From Verrucomicrobiota bacterium (GTDB lineage Bacteria > Verrucomicrobiota > Verrucomicrobiia > Chthoniobacterales > UBA6821): 13,020 bases of DNA. Under the pieces are notes generated by a model. The model did not search any database. It saw only the letters and a program-made list of their open reading frames with translations, and was not told the DNA's origin. The stretch is taken from NCBI GenBank assembly GCA_008932965.1, contig WBXG01000051.1:1-13020 (forward strand), written 5' to 3'. Position numbers and translations under genes: made by a program. Below, one piece after another: positions 1-6,080 of the stretch (the first letter of the stretch is position 1; the number at the start of each line of letters is the position of its first letter).

Positions 1-1171
1 AAACCAAATTGCTCTCCCTACTGATCTGGAATTTTCATCCCATTTTTCTGCTTCTGATTTAGCAACCCTTGTTCCTCATCTTGTTGAAGAGATCGCTCAA
101 GCCTCCATCGTTATTCTTGTTGGAGGACTTGGCAGTGGTTTTGCTTCAGTACTTCTTCCTCAAGTGGCTGCCTTGTGCAAAGCACAAAAAAAAATGACTC
201 TAGCCTGTGTCAGTCTTCCTTTTTCTTTTGAAGGAAAACACGCTCAATCAATCGCTACTCACTCTCTAGCTTTACTCGAAAAAGAATCTGATGGAATTCT
301 ACTTCTCGATAATGATCGTCTCTCTTCTCATGGGTCTTCTAAAACTGTATTAGGTGAAACATTTATTGCTTCAGATGAAGCTATGGATGCTGCTCTTCCT
401 GCACTCCTAACAATTTTATTCAATAAGGGGCCTGTTCGCATTACCCGTTCCCATTTTTTAAAAGCACTACAAGGTCAAGGTACTAGGAGCTGTTTTGGTT
501 ATGGTCAAGCAGCCGGCCCTAATCGGCTTCATGAAGCGCTCGAACGGACTTTGAAAAAACCACTTCTGGAGCGAGGACGCTCATTGGCAAAGGCTACTGA
601 TATTTTTCTCATTTTAAGAGGACCTAAGGATATTTCACTTGCAGAAGCCCAGGCAGCTATGCAGGAGATAGAGCGCTTAGCAGGACCGGATAGGGATATT
701 CAATTAAGTCTCAATGCAGAGGAGGAGGAAGGGGCCCCACTCCAAATATTTCTTTTAGCAACCATCAAAGAAGCGGCAGTGGCTTCTAAAAAATGTGAAC
801 CTTCTCCAGAAAGAGTATCTGATTTTTCACAAAAAGAAGTTTCCTCCAATACTCCTGCTCACCTTCTCGGTAAAACCAATATTTTAAAGCCATCGATTTC
901 TATTGCTCCCAGCCTCCCCAAGAGTGAGGAAAATAGTACTTCCGAGGAAAGCATCAAGGAGCTCTTTGATGAAGCCTTATATCAGACCGCTCTGGATTCC
1001 CAAGAGAGTTCTGTCACAAAGTCACCTATTCCACCTAAAAAAAAGCAGATGCAAGGAGCACTCAATCTCAAAGCCGTTCAGCGGGGACGTTTTGATAAAA
1101 GTGAACCGACAATTGTAGAGGGAGAGGATCTTGATACTCCAACCTATTTGAGGTTAGGTTTGAAGTTCTAA
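1..1171 (+). CDS. ftsZ: FtsZ-family (tubulin/FtsZ fold) cell-division protein homologue. It is 5'-partial because the start lies left of the window, and it is divergent with degenerate GTP-binding and hydrolysis motifs.
   Basis: Frame 2 (codons from nt 2) is open from the window edge to TAA at 1169-1171. The GTG at 164 used by the ORF track is an internal Val codon. By eye, the translation aligns without gaps to E. coli FtsZ from about the T3 loop onward:
- IVILVGGLGSGFASVLLPQVAALCK against FIAAGMGGGTGTGAAPVVAEVAK
- SLPFSFEGK against TKPFNFEGK
- LLLDNDRL against TIPNDKL
- KKPLLE against SSPLLE
A linker of about 130 aa rich in Ser, Pro, Lys and Glu follows. The C-terminus EGEDLDTPTYLRLGLKF resembles the conserved FtsZ C-terminal peptide (D-[IL]-P-x-[FY]-L-R). 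Confidence 0.75.
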   Translation, partial: NQIALPTDLEFSSHFSASDLATLVPHLVEEIAQASIVILVGGLGSGFASVLLPQVAALCKAQKKMTLACVSLPFSFEGKHAQSIATHSLALLEKESDGILLLDNDRLSSHGSSKTVLGETFIASDEAMDAALPALLTILFNKGPVRITRSHFLKALQGQGTRSCFGYGQAAGPNRLHEALERTLKKPLLERGRSLAKATDIFLILRGPKDISLAEAQAAMQEIERLAGPDRDIQLSLNAEEEEGAPLQIFLLATIKEAAVASKKCEPSPERVSDFSQKEVSSNTPAHLLGKTNILKPSISIAPSLPKSEENSTSEESIKELFDEALYQTALDSQESSVTKSPIPPKKKQMQGALNLKAVQRGRFDKSEPTIVEGEDLDTPTYLRLGLKF

Positions 1172-1178
1172 AGGCTAT

Positions 1179-1207
1179 CTTGAAAATGAATAAAATTGAT
1201 GTATTAC
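1179..1207 (+). promoter_or_regulatory. Candidate clpB promoter: cTTGAAA (-35), 16-nt spacer, TATTAC (-10).
   Basis: CTTGAAA at 1179-1185 matches both the sigma70 -35 (TTGACA, 5/6) and the E. coli sigma32 -35 core (CTTGAAA). TATTAC at 1202-1207 is a 4/6 match to the -10 consensus. No CCCCAT-type sigma32 -10 and no CIRCE element are visible. The site lies in the 101-bp ftsZ-clpB spacer. Confidence 0.25.
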
Positions 1208-1272
1208 GGCGTCGCTGTGATGCTCTAGTCTCCACCATAAACCAATAGGCTAATAACACTGAGGACTTATTT

Positions 1273-3849
1273 ATGAGACCCGATAAATTCACCGTTAAAA
1301 TGCAAGAGGCACTTCAGGGAGCGCTCGATAGCGCTTCTAAACTGGGGCAACAAGAGGTCAGCAATGATCATCTTTTGATTTCACTCTTAGAACAAGGAGA
1401 AGGACTGGTTCGCCCGTTATTAGATAAGATGGGAATTGATGTAGCCGCCTTAGTCTCGCAGATTGAATCACGCATTGCCTCTCAAGCACGTGTTCATGGG
1501 GGTTCACAGCCTTTTGTTGGAAATGAGCTACGCAAAACTATCGATCGAGCTGAGGAGGAGCAAGGGAAACTCAAAGACGAATTTCTGAGTGCAGAGCATT
1601 ATCTCTTAGCACTGAGTGAAGAAAAAATAGGCATTGGTAAAATTTTAAAAGAGCAGGGAGTCACGCGTGCTAAACTCATGCAAACCTTGGTCAAGGTGAG
1701 GGGAAGTCAGCGCGTCACCGATCAAAATCCAGAGGGAAAATATCAAACACTAGAAAAATATGGTCGTGATCTCACCGAGTTAGCACGCAAAGGAAAGATC
1801 GATCCTGTTATTGGACGTGATGAAGAAATTCGTCGTACCATGCAAGTGCTTTCACGTCGCACCAAAAACAATCCTGTCTTAATTGGTGAGCCTGGAGTTG
1901 GTAAAACAGCCATTGTAGAAGGATTGGCTCGCCGCATTATTAGTGGAGATGTGCCTGAGTCGCTCAAAAATAAAAAGGTTATCGCCATGGATATTGGATC
2001 GATGGTGGCAGGTGCTAAGTTTCGTGGAGAATTTGAAGATCGATTGAAAGCCTTTTTAAAAGAGGTCACCAGTTCTGAAGGGGAGATTATTCTTTTTATT
2101 GATGAGCTTCATACCATTGTTGGAGCTGGTGCTGCTGAGGGATCCATGGATGCTTCGAATCTGCTGAAGCCACAGCTTGCTCGAGGAGAATTACGTACCA
2201 TTGGGGCCACTACCCTCGATGAATATCGCAAATACATTGAAAAAGATGCTGCTTTAGAACGTCGTTTCCAACCTGTGATGGTCTTAGAGCCGACCGTTGA
2301 AGATACGATTGCCATTTTACGCGGTTTGAAGGAGCGTTATGAAATTCATCATGGTGTTCGTATCCAAGATGCTGCCTTGGTAGCAGCAGCACTCCTCTCA
2401 CATCGTTATATTTCTGATCGTTTTTTACCGGATAAGGCAGTTGATCTTATTGACGAAGCTGCTTCGCGCTTGAAGATGGAGCTAGAATCGATGCCCACCG
2501 AGATTGACCAGAACGAACGTGAAATGATGATGCTGGAGATGGAACGACAAGCACTACGAAAAGAAAAAGATGCTGCCAGTAAAGAACGTCTTGAGAAGCT
2601 TGAAAAAGAATTAGCAGAGGTCAAAGAAAAAACAATGACACTGAAAACACGATGGCTTCAAGAAAAAGAGGAGATCGGTAAATCACAAAAGTTCAATGAA
2701 GAGATTGAATCATTAAAAAATGAGCTTGCTACAGCACAACGAAGTGGAGATTTTGCCAAAGCAAGTGAAATTCAGTATGGTCGCATTCCTGAACTTTCTG
2801 CTCAACTAGAGGCTCATAATGAGCGTATGGCTCAGAAGGCAACGACCCAAAATCCTCTTTTACAAGAAGAAGTATCAGAGGAAGATATTGCTAAAGTGGT
2901 TTCTGTCTGGACAGGTATTCCTGTTTCAAATCTTCAAGAAGGAGAACGTCAAAAGCTAGTGAAGATGGAGGAGCGTTTGATGAAGCGTGTTGTAGGACAA
3001 GAGAAGGCAATTAAAGCAGTTTCTAATGCCGTTCGTCGTGCTAGAGCTGGACTACAAGAGGAAAACAGACCTATTGGATCTTTTATTTTCTTAGGTCCAA
3101 CAGGAGTTGGTAAAACAGAATTATCAAAGGCATTAGCAGAATTTCTCTTTGATGATGACCATGCAATGATTCGTCTCGATATGAGCGAGTATATGGAAAA
3201 ACATACTGTGGCACGGCTTATTGGAGCCCCTCCTGGCTATGTCGGCTATGATGAGGGAGGCCAGCTTACGGAGGCAGTGCGTCGCAAACCCTATTCTGTG
3301 ATTCTTTTTGATGAAGTTGAAAAAGCCCACGGTGATGTGTTTAATGTGCTGCTTCAAGTCCTCGATGATGGCCGTATTACTGATGGACAAGGACGAACCG
3401 TTGATTTCAAAAACTGTGTCATCATCATGACAAGTAATATTGGTAGTCAGTTCATTATGGAGGATTTGAAAGTCGAAGAAAGGAACCGTCGTGTGATGGA
3501 GTCCCTCCGAGGACATTTCCGACCAGAATTTTTGAATCGTATTGATGAGATCGTGATTTTTGATCGTCTTAGTGATCGTGATATTACCAAGATTATTGAT
3601 ATTCAGCTGGAGCGACTCATGCATCGCTTAGAAAAACAAAAACTCTCTCTTCAACTTTCTGAAAAAGCAAAGGTCTACCTTGCCAAGGAAGGGTATGATC
3701 CGGCCTATGGAGCTCGTCCTTTAAAACGAGTTATTCAACAAAAAATTTTAGATCCTTTGAGTATGGAAATTTTAGATGGGAAAATCAAAGAGGGAGATTC
3801 TATGGAAGGGGATCTAGTCAAAGGAGAACTTGTTTTTAAGAAAATCTAA
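1273..3849 (+). CDS. clpB: ATP-dependent chaperone/disaggregase ClpB (Hsp104/ClpB AAA+, two nucleotide-binding domains)
   Basis: The ORF encodes 858 aa and shows these motifs:
- Clp N-domain ([11 protein letters not shown])
- NBD1 Walker [10 protein letters not shown] and Walker B ILFIDELH
- long coiled-coil middle domain ([12 protein letters not shown]...[10 protein letters not shown]), which separates ClpB from ClpA/ClpC
- NBD2 Walker [10 protein letters not shown] and Walker [12 protein letters not shown]
- C-terminal GARPLKR sensor motif
GAGGA at 1261-1265 lies 7 nt upstream of the ATG and is the only clear SD in the window. Confidence 0.97.
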   Translation: MRPDKFTVKMQEALQGALDSASKLGQQEVSNDHLLISLLEQGEGLVRPLLDKMGIDVAALVSQIESRIASQARVHGGSQPFVGNELRKTIDRAEEEQGKLKDEFLSAEHYLLALSEEKIGIGKILKEQGVTRAKLMQTLVKVRGSQRVTDQNPEGKYQTLEKYGRDLTELARKGKIDPVIGRDEEIRRTMQVLSRRTKNNPVLIGEPGVGKTAIVEGLARRIISGDVPESLKNKKVIAMDIGSMVAGAKFRGEFEDRLKAFLKEVTSSEGEIILFIDELHTIVGAGAAEGSMDASNLLKPQLARGELRTIGATTLDEYRKYIEKDAALERRFQPVMVLEPTVEDTIAILRGLKERYEIHHGVRIQDAALVAAALLSHRYISDRFLPDKAVDLIDEAASRLKMELESMPTEIDQNEREMMMLEMERQALRKEKDAASKERLEKLEKELAEVKEKTMTLKTRWLQEKEEIGKSQKFNEEIESLKNELATAQRSGDFAKASEIQYGRIPELSAQLEAHNERMAQKATTQNPLLQEEVSEEDIAKVVSVWTGIPVSNLQEGERQKLVKMEERLMKRVVGQEKAIKAVSNAVRRARAGLQEENRPIGSFIFLGPTGVGKTELSKALAEFLFDDDHAMIRLDMSEYMEKHTVARLIGAPPGYVGYDEGGQLTEAVRRKPYSVILFDEVEKAHGDVFNVLLQVLDDGRITDGQGRTVDFKNCVIIMTSNIGSQFIMEDLKVEERNRRVMESLRGHFRPEFLNRIDEIVIFDRLSDRDITKIIDIQLERLMHRLEKQKLSLQLSEKAKVYLAKEGYDPAYGARPLKRVIQQKILDPLSMEILDGKIKEGDSMEGDLVKGELVFKKI

Positions 3850-3892
3850 AAACTTAATGGCCCTTTAAGATCTTGGATCTCTGGTCTCTGAT

Positions 3893-3922
3893 TTGACATT
3901 TCTTGACTTTCTCCACTAGACT
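3893..3922 (+). promoter_or_regulatory. Candidate promoter for the Rpn-like gene: TTGACA, 18-nt spacer, TAGACT, with a tandem TTGAC(A)TTTC direct repeat.
   Basis: TTGACA at 3893-3898 is a perfect -35. TAGACT at 3917-3922 is a 4/6 match to the -10. TTGACATTTC (3893-3902) is followed immediately by TTGACTTTC (3903-3911). The implied transcription start lies within a few nt of the ATG at 3932, and no SD is visible, so the mRNA may be leaderless or have a very short leader. Confidence 0.3.
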
Positions 3923-3931
3923 TCCTGGCTT

Positions 3932-4804
3932 ATGCAACCAAAAAAGCTTGTTCAATTTGACTGGGCGATTAAGACGCTCCTGCGTCGCAAAGCGAATTTT
4001 CCGATCTTGGAGGGTTTTTTGTCCGAGTTACTTGGTACTGATGTCACCATCCAATCACTCCTTGAGAGTGAATCAAATAAGCAACATGCTAAGGACAAAT
4101 CAAATCGGGTCGATGTCTTTGCTAAGCTTGGTAATGGCGAGCAGGTTATTATCGAAGTGCAATGTGAGCGCCAGTGGGATTTTCTTTCGCGAATGTTATA
4201 TGGTGTTTCTAAAGTCGTTGTGGAGCATCTCCAAGAGGGGGAACCTTATGGCAATCTGCCCCGTGTTATTTCAGTCAATATTGTTTATTTCGATTTGGGC
4301 CATGGAGAAGATTACATCTATCATGGAACCACTGATTTTAAAGGTGTTCATAAGAAAGATCTGCTCGAGCTGAGTGCAAAAGAAAAAGAGCATTATCCAG
4401 CAAATATTGATAAGGTCGCTCATGTTTTTCCAGAGTACTACGTTCTCAAGGTCAGTGGTTTTGATTTGAAAATAAAAGATACGCTTGATGAGTGGGTCTA
4501 TGCTCTTAAAGAGTCCGAGGTCAAACCTGAATTCAAAGCCAGAGGAATTCACGAAGCCTCACGTACCCTTGCTCTGCTCAATCTTTCAGAGGAAGAGCGT
4601 TGCGCTTACGACCGCCACATTGGTGATATGAGGATTTCTAGGAGCACATTAGAATCTTCTTTTAGTGATGGAAAAGCTGAGGGAAAAGCTGAAGGTAAGG
4701 CCGAGGCCGTTTTAAACATGCATCAACTCGGTTTATCGACAACCGAAATTGCAAGGTTTATCAATCTCTCAGAGGATCAAGTCGAAACGATTTTAAAACC
4801 ATGA
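3932..4804 (+). CDS. Rpn/YhgA-like PD-(D/E)XK nuclease ('recombination-promoting nuclease/putative transposase', PDDEXK_2 / TIGR01784-type) with a DUF4351-like C-terminal tail
   Basis: The ORF encodes 290 aa. The N-terminal FDWAIKTLL...ILEGFLSELLG block is followed by the family's nuclease core DKSNRVDVFAKLGNGEQVIIEVQ, with putative D61, E75 and Q77 (D...E-x-Q variant of PD-(D/E)XK). The segment RMLYGVSKVVVEHLQEGEPYGNLPRVISVNIVYFDL comes next. The C-terminus has a (GKAE)x3 repeat and then a short helix-rich tail, LSTTEIARFINLSEDQVETIL. The family was recognised from memory of its consensus, not from a search. Confidence 0.85.
   Translation: MQPKKLVQFDWAIKTLLRRKANFPILEGFLSELLGTDVTIQSLLESESNKQHAKDKSNRVDVFAKLGNGEQVIIEVQCERQWDFLSRMLYGVSKVVVEHLQEGEPYGNLPRVISVNIVYFDLGHGEDYIYHGTTDFKGVHKKDLLELSAKEKEHYPANIDKVAHVFPEYYVLKVSGFDLKIKDTLDEWVYALKESEVKPEFKARGIHEASRTLALLNLSEEERCAYDRHIGDMRISRSTLESSFSDGKAEGKAEGKAEAVLNMHQLGLSTTEIARFINLSEDQVETILKP
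4670..4705 (+). repeat. Imperfect 12-bp tandem repeat x3 inside the Rpn-like CDS, encoding (Gly-Lys-Ala-Glu)x3
   Basis: The three units are GGAAAAGCTGAG, GGAAAAGCTGAA and GGTAAGGCCGAG, all in frame. Repeats of the type [E]G-x-x-EG are typical of the C-terminal region of Rpn-family proteins. Confidence 0.8.
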
Positions 4805-5841
4805 GTGATACCCTATTTTCTGAGGATCAACTCCGGGCTGCTCTTGATCAAGTTGCCTATCCTGGGTTTCGCCGAAGCATTCTCTCTTTTGGAATTGTTA
4901 AAGAAGTAGCCATTGAGGGAGGGCATGTGAAAGTGCAGCTACAACTTTCCACGACGGAAACGCATATTCCCACAATCTTAAAAAAAGAAATTCAAACAGT
5001 ACTTCAAACCATTCCTGGTGTGGAAAAGGTGACGGTACTCATCGATATCCAAGCTCCAGTAGCCTCCTTGAGTGCAGCTCCTATTCCTATTCCTGGAGTT
5101 GCTCATGTTATTGCGGTGGCGAGCGGTAAAGGGGGGGTTGGTAAATCGACCATGGCAGTTAATCTAGCGATTGCTCTGTCTCAATTAGGAGCAGCTGTTG
5201 GATTATGCGATTGTGATTTGTATGGTCCCAGTGTTGCTTTTTTATGTGGTACACAAGAGCGTCCAAGAGCCAATGAACAAGATAAGATTATACCTGTTTC
5301 TGTTCATGGTATTTCCATCATGTCGATGGGATTGCTTTTAGAGGGAGATGCTCCTGCTGTCCTTCGAGGACCAATGGTGAGTCGTTATACTCAACAATTT
5401 TTACGTCATGTTGCTTGGGGGACATTAGATTATTTAATTCTCGATTTACCTCCAGGGACGGGTGATATCCAACTAACCATTGTGCAAACCATTCCATTGT
5501 CAGGTGCGATTTTAGTTACCACGCCACAAGAAGTAGCACTTCTGGATGTGCGAAAAGCAGCCTCTATGTTTCAAAAAACAAATGTTCCATTACTTGGTAT
5601 CATTGAAAATATGAGCTATTTTCTTTCTCCCAGTGATGGGGTGAAACATGCTGTTTTTGGAACTGGTGGAGGAGCACGAGAAGCGGCCCATTTAGGAATC
5701 CCCTTCCTTGGGGAGGTTCCACTAGAGATGGCTTTAAGGGCCTCTGGCGATGCTGGAGTTCCTTTTTTGATCGATCCAAAGATAACTGAAGCTGGAGAGG
5801 TTTTAAAAAAAGTCGCGCATTCTATCAAAATAAAATTTTAA
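4801..5841 (+). CDS. mrp: Mrp/NBP35/ApbC-family P-loop ATPase (putative Fe-S cluster carrier) with an N-terminal DUF59/MIP18-like domain; the CxxC motif is absent
   Basis: The ORF encodes 346 aa. The N-terminal segment LRAALDQVAYPGFRRSILSFGIVKEV is DUF59-like. The deviant Walker A is VASGKGGVGKST. Other family motifs are DLYGPS, LDLPPGTGD, VTTPQEVAL and ENMSYF...VFGTGGG. The ATG at 4801 overlaps the upstream TGA at 4802-4804 (ATGA), which suggests translational coupling. Confidence 0.9.
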   Translation: MSDTLFSEDQLRAALDQVAYPGFRRSILSFGIVKEVAIEGGHVKVQLQLSTTETHIPTILKKEIQTVLQTIPGVEKVTVLIDIQAPVASLSAAPIPIPGVAHVIAVASGKGGVGKSTMAVNLAIALSQLGAAVGLCDCDLYGPSVAFLCGTQERPRANEQDKIIPVSVHGISIMSMGLLLEGDAPAVLRGPMVSRYTQQFLRHVAWGTLDYLILDLPPGTGDIQLTIVQTIPLSGAILVTTPQEVALLDVRKAASMFQKTNVPLLGIIENMSYFLSPSDGVKHAVFGTGGGAREAAHLGIPFLGEVPLEMALRASGDAGVPFLIDPKITEAGEVLKKVAHSIKIKF

Positions 5842-5941
5842 GGGAATAAATTTCTTAAAAAGTTTTTTTTTGTATTTTACAGATTCCCTTGGGGCAGACT
5901 CTCAGATACAAATCTTCCTCTGTGTTTCATAGTATTGGGGC

Positions 5942-5969
5942 AAAAAAAATGCTTCAGCTTGATGAAGCA
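5942..5969 (-). terminator. Intrinsic-terminator-like hairpin plus U8 read on the minus strand, with no minus-strand gene feeding it (orphan)
   Basis: On the + strand, A8 (5942-5949) is followed by a 7-bp stem TGCTTCA (5950-5956), a 6-nt loop and TGAAGCA (5963-5969). On the minus strand this reads as stem-loop followed by TTTTTTTT. The + strand has no T-run after the stem. Confidence 0.35.
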
Positions 5970-6040
5970 GATGTAACAATCACTTCAATTTTCTCACTCC
6001 TACTTCCTTTTTTTAGGTTTAACAATTTCCGTGTCTCTTA

Positions 6041-6080
6041 ATGCTTGCTTGGATTGCCTAGAAGCATGTCCCCTTTTTTT
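6041..6080 (+). terminator. Weak hairpin plus T7 directly abutting the probable serA start; possible terminator or attenuator, or an unstructured U-rich initiation region
   Basis: ATGCTT (6041-6046) pairs with AAGCAT (6062-6067) across a 15-nt loop. GTCCCC and TTTTTTT (6074-6080) follow, and then the ATG at 6081. The stem is short and the loop large, so it is thermodynamically weak. Confidence 0.2.

Noticed and set aside
164-166. GTG at 164, given by the ORF track as the start of the 335-aa ORF
   Set aside because: The same frame has no stop codon back to nt 2. The upstream residues (…IVILVGGLGSGFASVLLPQ) continue the FtsZ alignment. The codon is therefore an internal Val and the gene starts outside the window.
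186-194. A9 run in the ftsZ homologue (also A8 at 1037-1044) as a possible phase-variation or frameshift site
   Set aside because: Both runs are read in frame as Lys codons (QKKM and PKKKQ) with coherent protein sequence on each side. Nothing in the sequence indicates slippage. They are only generically slip-prone.
903-1292. ORFs 903-1118 (+) and 1068-1292 (-) overlapping the ftsZ 3' end and spacer
   Set aside because: They are alternative-frame or antisense ORFs inside or abutting a well-supported CDS. Their translations are low-complexity, and the minus-strand ORF would overlap the clpB start.
1606-1618. TTAGCACTGAGTG, which resembles the CIRCE half-sites (TTAGCACTC-N9-GAGTGCTAA) of HrcA heat-shock operators
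   Set aside because: It lies inside the clpB coding sequence, lacks the 9-nt spacer and lacks the second full half-site, so it is a coincidental match.
1743-3624. Five antisense ORFs within clpB (1743-2069, 2109-2315, 2210-2401, 2406-2624, 3133-3624, all minus strand)
   Set aside because: All lie entirely within the strongly supported clpB CDS. Their translations have no recognisable motifs and show the Ser/Arg-rich composition typical of antisense frames.
3903-4552. ORF 3903-4373 (+, alternative frame) and ORF 4271-4552 (-) overlapping the Rpn-like gene
   Set aside because: The frame starting at 3932 carries the complete PD-(D/E)XK family signature. The overlapping frames have no motifs and are presumably shadow ORFs.
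3850-4804. Whether the Rpn-like gene is part of a bounded insertion sequence or transposon
   Set aside because: I found no terminal inverted repeats or direct target duplications flanking it. Its stop codon overlaps the mrp start, which leaves no room for a right end.
5616-5828. Antisense ORF inside mrp
   Set aside because: It lies within a well-supported CDS, and its translation is Pro/Ser/Ala-rich and typical of an antisense frame.
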